DNA from: Vampirovibrio sp.
GTDB taxonomy: Bacteria; Cyanobacteriota; Vampirovibrionia; Vampirovibrionales; JAJTHC01
Assembly (NCBI GenBank): GCA_024998755.1
Contig: JACEUU010000002.1
Coordinates: 76,783-140,782, forward strand
Length of the DNA: 64,000 bases
Direction of reading: 5' to 3'
Under the pieces are notes generated by a model. It did not search any database. It was not told the origin of the DNA and saw only the letters and a list, made by a program, of their open reading frames with translations. Of the stretch, positions 38,455 through 48,865 are shown one piece after another. Numbering within the stretch: position 1 is the first letter of the stretch; each line of letters starts with the position of its first letter. Both the position numbers and the translations under genes were made by a program.

Positions 38455-41400
38455 TTAAGCCTCTTCTTCTGTTGCGGTGGCTTGGGTAGCGGGGCAAATA
38501 GCGGAAAAACTGCAAGTATCACAATAGCCACCAGCAGGATTCGGTAAAAAGTCTGCGTCGTTTTTTAATCTATCTACAACCGAAACTTTAAGGCTTTCAA
38601 GCACGGTTTGCCTCGCATCCAAAACCGAATCCGCATCTAAAAACAACCCGATAGACCCCGTCTCAAATTTCGTTTGTTCCCGTTGCGGACGAACCAACTG
38701 TAGCCCTACCTTCGCCAACCGCTGATGAGCATCTTTCAAGCTAACATCCTGCAAGCCATAAGCATACAACGCCAATTGGTAATGCCTATGCTCCATCACT
38801 GCCTTGGCAAACCCTGTTTCACCGGCTTCTAATGGTGGCAAGGGTTCTAGCACACTTTGTAAATGTTCTAACGATTTTCCCTTTGATGAGCTATACCGAC
38901 CAGCCCCATAGGCTTTATAATCCACCAGTGTCAGCGATTCATCAGGGTGATGCAACACGGCATCCAACATCATTTTAAACCGAACACCCGGTAAGCCTTT
39001 CAGCTCAACATCAGGCAACTCCAATTCGGGTTGAACGTGGGTAATGGGTTTTGAAAAATACCCTTGTACCCGCAAATTTTCAAAACCAGCTAAACACTCT
39101 TGCTGTAGCTGAAACCGCAATAGCCGAGGCAATTTAACGTATGCCTGATAATGTTCGTTTTCTAAAATACTGGCTATTGGCGGGTTATGCCGATGGGTTT
39201 CCACACTGAGCAACTGGTTCGCTATGGCTAACAAGTATTCAGGCGTATGGGTTTCAGGCGTGGCTTGTAGGTTAAACTGCTCCATAATTAGGTGAATTAA
39301 ATTCCCCTTCAGCAACGCATCGGAAGGGTCTGAAGGCAAGCGTAACACCCTGCTATAGTAAAAGCGTTTCGGGCACTTCAGGTATTCTTCCAGCCCACTA
39401 ACCGAAAGATAAAGCGGTTTTTCCGATGGTGTTAACAACGGTAAGTTGGATGATTCTAACGGCAGTACCGGTGAAAAATGAACACTTTTAGAGGCATCAT
39501 CCGTCATATCATCTGGTATTACAGGGGGCAAAACAGGATAAATGCCCAAAGCGGTTTCTAAAACAGGTACGACCAATTGTTGGGTTAAAAACACCGCTTT
39601 TGCAGACTCTTCCGTTACACTGCCCAGCTCGTGGGCATCCGTAACAGGAACATATTCCAGCAACCACAAGCATGTTTCCGCCGTAGCCCAAGCCCCCAAC
39701 ACGTCATTCAAAACCGTTTTGGGTAGCCATTGTTCTAAAGATGATGTTGGCGAAACGGCATCAAACGCCCCTGCATCATAGGCGGAACGCACGTCAGGCA
39801 AATTCCGCCAATGCGGGCAAAACACCCCATCAAACCGATGCCCAATGGCTTCTTGATACGTCAAAACTATCGGTAAACCAACTTGTTCAGTCGCTGTGGA
39901 GCGTTTTGCGGGCAACGTCCACGGCAATAAAAAGGATTCTACCCACGCAGGCAAATGGTGGCTTGAACTTGCTAACGTTTCAACCCCAAGCCGTTGTTCT
40001 AGGCTTTGCAGTTCTTTTAACAGGGGTAAGTAAAGGCGTTGCCACGCAAACGATGCTTGTTGTTTTAACAACAACGGAAATAACGCCTTAACCCAAGCCG
40101 TTAACCAATGGCTAACCAGCGGTTCTGTTTGCCAAGTAGGTAGCAACACATCTTGCCAAAAAGCGTGCCATTCTGGCTGGGTGCAAAAGGGTTGAATGGC
40201 TTCCGTTACATCTACTTCCCACTGTTGCAAAGCATCTGCCCATTCGGGGTGTTCTACCCACAGCCAACTAGAAAGCAGGGGTTGATTTTGCGAAGTTTGT
40301 TGCCACGGAAACGATAAAGTCGGCTCTAATTGTTTGCCTTGCACTGCAAGATGCCACCCCGCCAAGCAAAGCGTCAATAACCGCATCCAAGTGGCTTCTA
40401 GGGGATCATAAATTGAAAGTAGATGGGCTTGCCACTGGGCTTTCAATTTGTTGGAAGGGACTAACACACCGACGGATTGCCCTTGTTCCACGGCTTGCAT
40501 AGCGGCAGATTTTAACCAATCAGTTAGGGCGGTTTCCGCATCAAACGGAAGCCTCACAATCGTATTTGTTTTGGGTGGGTCAACTATTATGGGTTGTTCG
40601 GTTAACAAAGAAGCCAATGCGGTTTGAACAGGTGCTATGATTCGTTTTTTTGCACTGCTTCGTTGCCAGCCATCCATCAACGTGTAGTGCCAGTCCCATT
40701 GTTGAAGTGTGGTTAGCACGGCGGGTGTTGTTTGCGTATAGAAGGAAGTATCCGCTGCTTCAGCGTTGGCTTCTAGGCTAAAGGGGTCTAGTTTGACGCC
40801 CAGCCAAACAGGCGTCGTTTGAACCCCCACCGCCATCAACAACGAATTCAGTTCCGCCGAGGGCATTTGCTGAACATCATCAATCACCAGCAATTTGACC
40901 TGTTGAGCAATACCCGAAAAAGCGATATTGGTTGAAGAAAGCTGAACCAGTAAACAATCATAAAGCAAAGCAATCCACGGTTTGGGTAGCCACCCCTTAG
41001 CGACGGTTTGTTCAAATAGCCACAGTCTAACCTGTTGTAATAGGTCAACTGAAACGATGGAAGCTAACTTGTCTGGTAATGCGGTGTTCGCCATAGTCGC
41101 TTCTAAAATCGTTGCCCAATCTGATAAGGTGAAGTTATCGGTTAACCCCTCACCCAGCAAAGGGCAGGTTTTCAACAACCACACTAACGAAGCCTGCCCC
41201 ACGGTTTCCCATCGGCTTTGAAGGACTTCCCACTGGGTTGATTCTTCAGCAGGAATCCACGCGATAACTAATTTTTTGGCCAATAAGGAAGCCATCGGGG
41301 TGGCTAACATAAAATATTGATTCAACCAGTGCAATTGCCATTCAAACTGGGTTAATACCCGCACCCCAAAGCTAGAAGATATACCGTGTTGCTGAGCAAC

Positions 41401-41601
41401 CCGTTGCCATTGTTGCTTCCAAGGGGCTACCAACGCTTGCTGGGGCAATAACACCCAAGCAGATTCTGCCAGTAGCCCCCCTTCTGTAATGGCTTTGGCA
41501 AGAGTTTCCATTAGTGCCATGCTAACACCAGCCCCCGCTTCGCCTGCCCAAACGGCATGAAAAGGGGTTGTTAAGAAGGAGGATGATTGGCAAGCAGTCA
41601 T
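38455..41601 (-). CDS. AddB-like PD-(D/E)XK nuclease-family protein (~1048 aa) with a C-terminal Fe-S Cys cluster.
   Basis: C-terminal RecB-type nuclease motifs (GNLIHLIMEQF, LTLVDYK) and terminal CDTCSFSAIC cysteines. No adjacent AddA/UvrD-like partner. Confidence 0.55.
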   Translation of the reverse strand: MTACQSSSFLTTPFHAVWAGEAGAGVSMALMETLAKAITEGGLLAESAWVLLPQQALVAPWKQQWQRVAQQHGISSSFGVRVLTQFEWQLHWLNQYFMLATPMASLLAKKLVIAWIPAEESTQWEVLQSRWETVGQASLVWLLKTCPLLGEGLTDNFTLSDWATILEATMANTALPDKLASIVSVDLLQQVRLWLFEQTVAKGWLPKPWIALLYDCLLVQLSSTNIAFSGIAQQVKLLVIDDVQQMPSAELNSLLMAVGVQTTPVWLGVKLDPFSLEANAEAADTSFYTQTTPAVLTTLQQWDWHYTLMDGWQRSSAKKRIIAPVQTALASLLTEQPIIVDPPKTNTIVRLPFDAETALTDWLKSAAMQAVEQGQSVGVLVPSNKLKAQWQAHLLSIYDPLEATWMRLLTLCLAGWHLAVQGKQLEPTLSFPWQQTSQNQPLLSSWLWVEHPEWADALQQWEVDVTEAIQPFCTQPEWHAFWQDVLLPTWQTEPLVSHWLTAWVKALFPLLLKQQASFAWQRLYLPLLKELQSLEQRLGVETLASSSHHLPAWVESFLLPWTLPAKRSTATEQVGLPIVLTYQEAIGHRFDGVFCPHWRNLPDVRSAYDAGAFDAVSPTSSLEQWLPKTVLNDVLGAWATAETCLWLLEYVPVTDAHELGSVTEESAKAVFLTQQLVVPVLETALGIYPVLPPVIPDDMTDDASKSVHFSPVLPLESSNLPLLTPSEKPLYLSVSGLEEYLKCPKRFYYSRVLRLPSDPSDALLKGNLIHLIMEQFNLQATPETHTPEYLLAIANQLLSVETHRHNPPIASILENEHYQAYVKLPRLLRFQLQQECLAGFENLRVQGYFSKPITHVQPELELPDVELKGLPGVRFKMMLDAVLHHPDESLTLVDYKAYGAGRYSSSKGKSLEHLQSVLEPLPPLEAGETGFAKAVMEHRHYQLALYAYGLQDVSLKDAHQRLAKVGLQLVRPQREQTKFETGSIGLFLDADSVLDARQTVLESLKVSVVDRLKNDADFLPNPAGGYCDTCSFSAICPATQATATEEEA

Positions 41602-41610
41602 GATGTTTTA

Positions 41611-42606
41611 CTACAACACGACTTTAGGCAAAACTATCAGCAAAATAGTACCGGTAATCCAACAGTAAAGAGAAAAAACGGTCAATGAAACTTTGCTAAT
41701 TAGCTTAATGAACCAAGCGATGCACAAATATCCCACAATAGCCGAACTGGCAACACCGGCAATCATCACCAACCAAGGTAAGCCTTCAAAGCTAACACCA
41801 GATTTGGCTAATTTTAAAAATTCATAAACCGCTGCTGAAACAAATATGGGCACGCTCAACAAAAAGGAATAACGGGCAGCCTGTTGCCTAGTTAACCCCA
41901 CCAACAAAGAAGAAGCCATGGTTGACCCAGACCGTGAAATACCCCTAAAAATAGCCGAGCACGCTTGAAAAAATCCAATTGTAACCGCTTGTTTTAGGGT
42001 TAATGCCATAGGCGTATCAGGGTCTAGTTCTTCTTCTCCGTTGAAAAAGGCTTCTTCTTGTTTTTTACGTGCTACATCGCTCCGCCATTCTGAAAACCAT
42101 AGTAAACAGCCTGTAATTAACAGGTTAACGGCAACCCATTCAGGATGTAGCCTATAAAAAGCACTAATATCGCCCATTAACGGGGTTGCCCAACCCATGG
42201 CTGAAAATAAAATTTCAGACCCCTTAATGCCACCAACAGAAACCACCGCCGTTACCAAAAATGAGAGTGCTAACCCACGCACCAACGAAGCAGACAACCA
42301 CTTAGACCCATCTTGCATGGTAACAACGGCTTGAGGAGCATCCGGTTCGGGGGTTTTCAATAACAAGGGTAAGGCTTTAATAATAGCCATTACTTCGGTT
42401 CTAAAATAAACGACCACCGCTGTTAGTGTGCCCAAATGCAACAAAATATCGAAAAACTCTTCCACCACGGGCGATTGCCGATGTTCCACCAAGCCAAAAA
42501 AATGGCAAAACACATCAAACAACACCAAGTGAGCGGAACTAGAAACGGGCAAAAATTCTGTTAAACCTTGTAAAGCACCTTTAAGTAGGGCGTACCAAAA
42601 ATCCAT
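41611..42606 (-). CDS. uppP: Undecaprenyl-diphosphate phosphatase (BacA/UppP) with an internal insertion.
   Basis: N-terminal GLTEFLPVSSSAHL motif, the C-terminal conserved SRSGxT region and a polytopic membrane profile. Confidence 0.65.
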   Translation of the reverse strand: MDFWYALLKGALQGLTEFLPVSSSAHLVLFDVFCHFFGLVEHRQSPVVEEFFDILLHLGTLTAVVVYFRTEVMAIIKALPLLLKTPEPDAPQAVVTMQDGSKWLSASLVRGLALSFLVTAVVSVGGIKGSEILFSAMGWATPLMGDISAFYRLHPEWVAVNLLITGCLLWFSEWRSDVARKKQEEAFFNGEEELDPDTPMALTLKQAVTIGFFQACSAIFRGISRSGSTMASSLLVGLTRQQAARYSFLLSVPIFVSAAVYEFLKLAKSGVSFEGLPWLVMIAGVASSAIVGYLCIAWFIKLISKVSLTVFSLYCWITGTILLIVLPKVVL

Positions 42607-42634
42607 CTTGGGTAGGGTCTTTCTTTGTTATGGT

Positions 42635-43507
42635 TTAAGGTTGAATGAGGGGTTGATAAGTTTCAGGACGACGGTCTCTGTAAAATTGCCATAAATTTCG
42701 GGCTTCTCGCACTTGTTGCATGTCAACATCGGCAACCAGCATAAAATCTCCTTCCCTAGGGGCTTTAGCGATGACATCACCATACGGATTAACAATGTAA
42801 GACGTACCGTAAAATTGCCCAATATTCCAAGGGGCTTCCGTACCAACCCTATTAATAGCGGCAACAAAATACCCATTGGCTATAGCGTGCCCCACTTGTT
42901 CCTTTTGCCAAAGAGATTCAGACAAGCCCGCCACGGTAGCTGATGGATTGAAAACGATTTCCGCACCCGCCAAACCTAAGGCTCTTGCTCCTTCGGGGAA
43001 GTGGCGGTCGTAGCAAATGTACACGCCAATCGTACCAAATTTGGTCTTAAAAACAGGGTATCCCAAATTCCCAGGGCGAAAGAAGAATTTTTCCCAAAAC
43101 CCAGCCACTTGGGGCAGATGGTTTTTTCGATATTTCCCCAAATAAGTCCCGTCAGCATCTATAACGGCTACAGTGTTATAGTAAAGCCCCGCCATTTCTT
43201 CTTCGTACAGAGGCAGTAGCATCACCATGCCGTATTGTTTAGCTAAGGCTTGAAATTGTTGAACCGTTTCACCTTCGGGAATGCGTTCGGCTAAATCATA
43301 CCATTTCGGATCTTGCGAAGGGGGGAAGTAAGGACCCGTGAAAATTTCCTGAAAACAAAGAATATTGACACCTTGCTGAGTCGCTTGTTCCACATAGGGC
43401 AAATGGGCTTCTATCATCGTTTGACGATGTTGGGAACAAGGAGCATCTGCTGGCGTTTTGCTGGCTAGTTGAACCAGTCCTATTTTAACTGAATGGGTTG
43501 AAGGCAT
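42635..43507 (-). CDS. Carbon-nitrogen hydrolase (nitrilase superfamily; N-carbamoylputrescine amidase / beta-ureidopropionase-like).
   Basis: Glu-Lys-Cys catalytic-triad context (ICYDRHFPE) and a size of ~290 aa. Confidence 0.65.
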   Translation of the reverse strand: MPSTHSVKIGLVQLASKTPADAPCSQHRQTMIEAHLPYVEQATQQGVNILCFQEIFTGPYFPPSQDPKWYDLAERIPEGETVQQFQALAKQYGMVMLLPLYEEEMAGLYYNTVAVIDADGTYLGKYRKNHLPQVAGFWEKFFFRPGNLGYPVFKTKFGTIGVYICYDRHFPEGARALGLAGAEIVFNPSATVAGLSESLWQKEQVGHAIANGYFVAAINRVGTEAPWNIGQFYGTSYIVNPYGDVIAKAPREGDFMLVADVDMQQVREARNLWQFYRDRRPETYQPLIQP

Positions 43508-43654
43508 GAAACGAGAGGATTTCTAAAAATTAAGGCAGTCTTATATTACTGCAAAATTTAACCACGAAAATGACTAAGCTTCAAGAGGCTTTTACTAGCT
43601 CAAAAGCTAAAAACAAGGGTTTTATACCCTATTAAAGAATAGGGGAATTGCCTA

Positions 43655-43861
43655 ATGATGGGTAGTAATGTGAATGGAAGTAATGGTGCAATATTAACAG
43701 GCACATTAATTGGGGCAGGTTTTGGGTTAAAAGGGATGTCAGACCAACAAGCCAACAAGGTTATCTCCAGCACAACAATAGGTTTAACAGCAAGCAAAAC
43801 ACCCCTAGTTAACCAACCAGTTAAACAGGGGTGTTTTGATATAGTAAAAACGCTAAACTAA
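43655..43861 (+). CDS. Small hypothetical Gly-rich protein (68 aa) with a Gly-zipper-like hydrophobic segment.
   Basis: AGGGGA lies ~9 nt upstream of an ATGATG start. GAILTGTLIGAGFGLKG. Confidence 0.3.
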   Translation: MMGSNVNGSNGAILTGTLIGAGFGLKGMSDQQANKVISSTTIGLTASKTPLVNQPVKQGCFDIVKTLN

Positions 43862-44142
43862 CTAACGGCTATAGAAGAAGCAAACGCTCCTCTAGTCAAC
43901 GTGCTGCTTGTTCTAACCAAAGAAACCGTGGTTCTCTTTTGAAACTGAAAGACCACTGCTTTTTCAGGAAAAAAGCTAGAAGCTAGCCTATTTTCCGCAA
44001 CAATTAACGTAGAACCGGCTGGTTGCTTGGTTGAACGAGCTAATGAAACAGAATCCAGAATAGAAGTAACAGGGGGAAAGCTAGCCAAACCCAACAAATT
44101 GGACTGCATGGCATTAGCTGGGGAAAGTAACATCATCATCAT
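43858..44142 (-). CDS. Hypothetical protein downstream of the flagellin gene (possibly FlaG-like).
   Basis: Its position 3' of the flagellin gene and its size (~94 aa). It starts ATGATGATGATG. No strong motif. Confidence 0.3.
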   Translation of the reverse strand: MMMMLLSPANAMQSNLLGLASFPPVTSILDSVSLARSTKQPAGSTLIVAENRLASSFFPEKAVVFQFQKRTTVSLVRTSSTLTRGAFASSIAVS

Positions 44143-44473
44143 AGTTTATCCAATCTTAACAATCAGTAAGCGTAATTAAAGGTTTGACAATATTTTTTAC
44201 AGAAAAAAGTTCGTCAAAGAATATAAAACACCCATAGTATTCCCTACGTTTGTGAGAAACGTTCTCTCAAGCCGTGTTAAGTAATTGCGAGAGAGAGGAG
44301 AAAGTAAAGCTGGTTTTGCTGTTTGTTTAAATAAGACGTTGTTCAATAAATAACCTATACCATTCTCTGCAACTAAAACACATCAAGTTTTAGCAGAAAA
44401 ACAAGAAAATAAAGGCCTGAAAGAACGCATCACACAAACGCAAGGGGGGGTATATACTGTTTTGACTAACTTG

Positions 44474-45346
44474 TTATTGTTGTAATAATTGTAACGCTAA
44501 CTGAGGAATTTGATTGGCTTGCGAAAGAATTTGAGCAGATGCCTGTTGCAATACTTGGTTACGGGTTAATTCTGCACTTTCTTTGGCTACATCGGTATTA
44601 CGAATACGAGATTCCGACGCTGATTGACTTTCAATGTTTAAGCTCAGGTTGTTAAACGTACCATCTAACCGGTTAATCATAGCACCTAAGGAAGCCCTGC
44701 GGTTGTTCACCTTCTGCAATGCAGAATCCAACCGTTCTAACACCTTCAAAGAAGAGCCACTATTCATAACGTTTAAGGTTGTTGTTGTGCCAGTTAACCC
44801 TACTAAATCACGGATATTAACTGAATCAAAAGGGTTAACCCCACCAATATTAGCCAAATCAATACGGTCTACAGCACTGTTATAATTGGCACCAACTTGC
44901 ATATAGTAGTTGGAAATACTACCATCTAACAATGACCGACCATTAAATTGTGTACCCGCAGCAATACGGTTAATATCTACAGCTAACTGAGAAATTTCAG
45001 AAGTAATAGCACTACGTTGGCCTGTAGAGTATGTATCGTTAGCAGCCTGAACGGTTAATTCCCGCATCCGTTGAAGGTTGTCGGTCAAGGCTTGCATCGT
45101 ACCATCCATAATGTTTAGTACGTTAATACCGTCTTGTACGTTGTTACCAGCCTGTTGAGACCCTCTAATTTGCGTTCTTAACGATTCTGAAATTTGCAAA
45201 CCAGCAGCATCATCGCTAGCTTTGTTGATTTTAAATCCAGACGCCAATTTCTCGTAGGATTTTGACTGCATTCTGGTATTTTTAGACAATAAACGCTGAG
45301 CGTTTAATGACTGAATGTTGGTGTTAATAATGATACCCATCATCAT
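44474..45346 (-). CDS. fliC: Flagellin (short, ~290 aa).
   Basis: Conserved flagellin N-terminus (IINTNIQSLNAQRLL..., INKASDDAAGLQIS) and C-terminus (QANQIPQLALQLLQQ). GGAG lies upstream of the ATGATGATG start. Confidence 0.8.
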   Translation of the reverse strand: MMMGIIINTNIQSLNAQRLLSKNTRMQSKSYEKLASGFKINKASDDAAGLQISESLRTQIRGSQQAGNNVQDGINVLNIMDGTMQALTDNLQRMRELTVQAANDTYSTGQRSAITSEISQLAVDINRIAAGTQFNGRSLLDGSISNYYMQVGANYNSAVDRIDLANIGGVNPFDSVNIRDLVGLTGTTTTLNVMNSGSSLKVLERLDSALQKVNNRRASLGAMINRLDGTFNNLSLNIESQSASESRIRNTDVAKESAELTRNQVLQQASAQILSQANQIPQLALQLLQQ

Positions 45347-46136
45347 AATAAAGGTTCTCCGTGATGTTCCGTCATCAGCTTGAGAGTCAAAATAAGAGAA
45401 TTAATCAGCATCTTAAAGTCAACAAGCCCTAATATCTTAATTTTTTGAATACTGTTTTTTTTCATTCGAGATAGACGCACTTTTTGTCGATGAATCAACA
45501 AAAAATAGCAAACTGGTTTCGGATGAATGGACACCAATCAAAAAAACAAGAAATTGTCGTTCCTAACGCTTAGCATCCATGCTAGTTTAGGGAAGCAGCA
45601 AGGCGGTTAGCCTTTGCTTTTTTGAACGATTTGACTATCGCTTCAAGAAGCTTTCTCTTGCTTGCTCGGTATTGTGTACTACTTAACTACTACTACTCAA
45701 TTACTTCACTGCTTTTACTTAACACATATGAAAGAAAAGTTAGATTTATTCATTGCCGTTAAAGGCTTCTCGCTTATTCTCCTTTCTCTATCATTCCCAA
45801 TTCCAGGAAGTTAATCTCTGTTGCACTCTCTGTTTGTGCGGATATTAAAGGTTTCGACAAGTAGCTAACACACCTTAGCAAGCCCCTCTATTTAGAGGAG
45901 GAAGTCATGGGATGGATATAACAAATAGAATATTTTCGTTTTGTCTTGACCTGTACATCGTGTTTTTGGTACGCTAATATAAAACAAATTTGTTGTTGTG
46001 CTGGGCTAGCTCTCGACGCTTTACCACTCCTCTCGTTTTTAACCGTTACCCGACTCATTCACTGCTGTCAAATTTTAATTTCAACCCAAATAGCAGTCTG
46101 TTCGAGCTTTATTTTTGAGAACAATAAGATAACAAT

Positions 46137-47447
46137 ATGATGATGATGACTCACTTAATTGTAGTTGGTGCCCAATGGGGCGATGAAGGCAAAGCCAAAG
46201 TGGTAGACCAACTAGCAGAATTTGCAGATATGGTTATACGCTCGCAAGGTGGTAGTAATGCAGGGCATACCGTCAAATTTAAAGGCGAAACCTTTAAATT
46301 TCATCACCTCCCTTCTGGTTTGCTTTATGAAGATAAAACTTGTATAATTGGTACAGGGGTCGTGTTAGCACCAGATTTTTTGCAGGAAGAATTAGATAGC
46401 ATTCACGCCAAAGGCTATTCTACCCAAAATCTTAAAATTAGCGACCGTTGCCATCTTACTTTCCCCTACCACATTGCTCAAGACAAGCAACAGGAAACAC
46501 TACGTTCTACCTGTACTAACGGTACAAAAATAGGCACTACGGGTAAAGGCATCGGGCCTACCTACATGGACAAAGTAGGCAGAATGGGCATTCGGGTAGC
46601 CGATTTATTTGAACCTGAAACCGTCTTAAAAGAACAATTAGCCTCTATACTCACGCAAAAAGAACTTCAGCAGCTATTTACCCTTGAAGAACTATACACA
46701 TTAGCTATGCGGTATAAAACCATTTTAGCCCCGTATGCGTGCGATACATTAGCCATACTACAAAATGCCTTAAAAGCCGGCAAGCAATTGCTATTTGAGG
46801 GGGCTCAAGGTACGTTGCTTGATATCGATTTTGGTACTTATCCTTATGTGACCAGTTCTAACGCTACAGCGGGTGGTGCTTGTACTGGCACCGGCGTAGG
46901 CCCCAGTAAAATTGACGCTACATTAGGCGTAATGAAAGCCTATTTAACCAGAGTAGGCGAAGGTCCTTTCCCGACAGAACTTTCAGACACCGTGATTGGT
47001 GAACGCATTTGTGAAATTGGGGTAGAATACGGTACTACCACAGGGCGTAAACGTAGGGTAGGCTGGTTTGATGCTGTTATAGCTAGGTTTGGTGTTGAAG
47101 TAAATGGGTTAGATGGCATTGCCTTAACAAAGCTAGATGTCTTAGATTCTTTTGAAACCATTGATGTTTGTACGGGCTATGTACATATAGAAACAGGTCA
47201 ACATTATGATCGGTTACCTACCAGCTTAACGCTTTTAAGCCAATTAAAACCGATTTATGAAACCCATGCCGGCTGGCTTACGGATACAACCGATTGTAAA
47301 ACGTTTCAAGCATTACCTGCTAATTGCCAAGCCTATGTAAAACGTTTAGAACAACTGATGGATTGTCCCGTTTGGATGGTTTCCGTTGGGCCAGACCGTG
47401 AACAAACGTTTATGCGTCGGCACCCATTTTCGTTGGAAACGGTTTAA
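46137..47447 (+). CDS. purA: Adenylosuccinate synthetase.
   Basis: VVGAQWGDEGKAK P-loop and GxGPTY, ~435 aa. It starts ATGATGATGATG. Confidence 0.85.
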   Translation: MMMMTHLIVVGAQWGDEGKAKVVDQLAEFADMVIRSQGGSNAGHTVKFKGETFKFHHLPSGLLYEDKTCIIGTGVVLAPDFLQEELDSIHAKGYSTQNLKISDRCHLTFPYHIAQDKQQETLRSTCTNGTKIGTTGKGIGPTYMDKVGRMGIRVADLFEPETVLKEQLASILTQKELQQLFTLEELYTLAMRYKTILAPYACDTLAILQNALKAGKQLLFEGAQGTLLDIDFGTYPYVTSSNATAGGACTGTGVGPSKIDATLGVMKAYLTRVGEGPFPTELSDTVIGERICEIGVEYGTTTGRKRRVGWFDAVIARFGVEVNGLDGIALTKLDVLDSFETIDVCTGYVHIETGQHYDRLPTSLTLLSQLKPIYETHAGWLTDTTDCKTFQALPANCQAYVKRLEQLMDCPVWMVSVGPDREQTFMRRHPFSLETV

Positions 47448-47480
47448 TTTTTAATTTAACAGTCCCTGATTTGAAATCAG

Positions 47481-47668
47481 AGGTCTGTCATGAAACAGAC
47501 CTCTTGCATGACTTGATAGGTGGGTGCAGATTTAAGGAATACGGAACGGACTGAGGACGTTTACATAAGGTAAATAACTATTGATTGCTCTGCAATCACT
47601 CCGCTTCTAGCGGGGAGTGCCGTAAATGAAAAAAAGATGCCCCAGATATCGAATCATGAAAGAGGTCT
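47481..47668. repeat. MITE-like element (family 3) with TIR agacctcttgcatgac... / ...aagaggtct. It includes a perfect 9-bp hairpin at the purA 3' end.
   Basis: An inverted copy is at 61170-61313. This copy ends 3 nt before the start of 47672. Confidence 0.5.
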
Positions 47669-47671
47669 AAT

Positions 47672-48865
47672 ATGATTTATTTGGATTTTGCGGCTACCAG
47701 CCCTGTTCACCCCGAAGTTTGGGAGACAATGACCCCCTACGCCTTGGCAAATTTCGGCAACCCAGCTAGCCAACATGAACTGGGACAGTCTGCGAAAATA
47801 GCCTTGGAACAAGCTAGAACGACGCTTCTTCATTTACTAGAGTCTATGCAAGAAACGCATCAACTACTGTTTACTTCTGGGGGAACGGAAGCCAATAACT
47901 TAGCTCTTCAAGGGGTGGTTCGCAACTGGTGGAAGGAACATCCTGAAGCTAAAAAACCGCCGCACCTTGTTATTTCAGCGATAGAACACGCTGCTGTGTT
48001 TGAAGTAGCCCAATGGCTTGCAGCACAACACTGTATTGATTTAACGGTACTTTACCCCCACCCTGAAAACGAAGGATTAATAACCCCTGAACAAGTAGTG
48101 GAAGCCTTAACCCCTGAAACGATTCTTTGTTCCATTATGCACGCCAACAATGAAACAGGGGTACTTCAACCAATTGAAGCGATGGTAAAAGCAGTGAAAG
48201 CCCATCTGCCTAGCTGCTTATTTCATTGTGATATGGTGCAAACCATTGGGAAAATGCCCATTAATTTAACCCAATTACCCGTTGATTTTGCCACCGCTTC
48301 AGGGCATAAATTTCAAGCCCCTAAAGGGTGTGGCTTTTTGGTGTGTAGCCCTGCAGGGTTTGAAGCCCTAGCCCCCATCACCTACGGCGGTGGGCAAGAA
48401 TTTGGGCTTCGTCCCGGAACAGTATCGGTTGCGAATGCTGTAGGGTTGGCGTCGGCTTTAACCCTTAAGCATAAAACGCTGTCAGAAAACCCTCTCCACT
48501 TAAGTAGGCTAACGACTTGGTTAATTGAGCAATTACAAACCACGTTTGGTGCTATGGGCGAAATTAACACACCGTTAAACCCTGAACACAGGTTAGCTGG
48601 TATTGTGAATGTTTCATTCGCATCCCATTTAGGTGAAAAACTGGTGCTAAAGTTAGATTTACGAGGCATCTGCGTTTCTTCGGGGTCTGCTTGCCATGCA
48701 GGGCTAGCAGTAGAACCTTCAAAGGTTTTATTGGCAATGGGAAAACAGAAATCTATCGCTGAAAGTAGCATACGGGTTTCAATGGGAGCCTCCACGACCC
48801 AAGCAGAACTACACACTTTAATGGAAGCCCTCCAGGCCATCATCCAAGTGAAAGATAAGTCGTGA
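47672..48865 (+). CDS. Class-V aminotransferase-fold cysteine desulfurase (NifS/IscS-like).
   Basis: PLP-lysine motif SGHKF and the active-site loop SSGSACHAG. Confidence 0.7.
   Translation: MIYLDFAATSPVHPEVWETMTPYALANFGNPASQHELGQSAKIALEQARTTLLHLLESMQETHQLLFTSGGTEANNLALQGVVRNWWKEHPEAKKPPHLVISAIEHAAVFEVAQWLAAQHCIDLTVLYPHPENEGLITPEQVVEALTPETILCSIMHANNETGVLQPIEAMVKAVKAHLPSCLFHCDMVQTIGKMPINLTQLPVDFATASGHKFQAPKGCGFLVCSPAGFEALAPITYGGGQEFGLRPGTVSVANAVGLASALTLKHKTLSENPLHLSRLTTWLIEQLQTTFGAMGEINTPLNPEHRLAGIVNVSFASHLGEKLVLKLDLRGICVSSGSACHAGLAVEPSKVLLAMGKQKSIAESSIRVSMGASTTQAELHTLMEALQAIIQVKDKS

Noticed and set aside
45540-46136. 600-bp ORF-poor region upstream of purA as a riboswitch or sRNA locus
   Set aside because: Only short hairpins were seen (e.g. 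cctct-attt-agagg). No recognisable riboswitch consensus could be supported by eye, so it is left unannotated.
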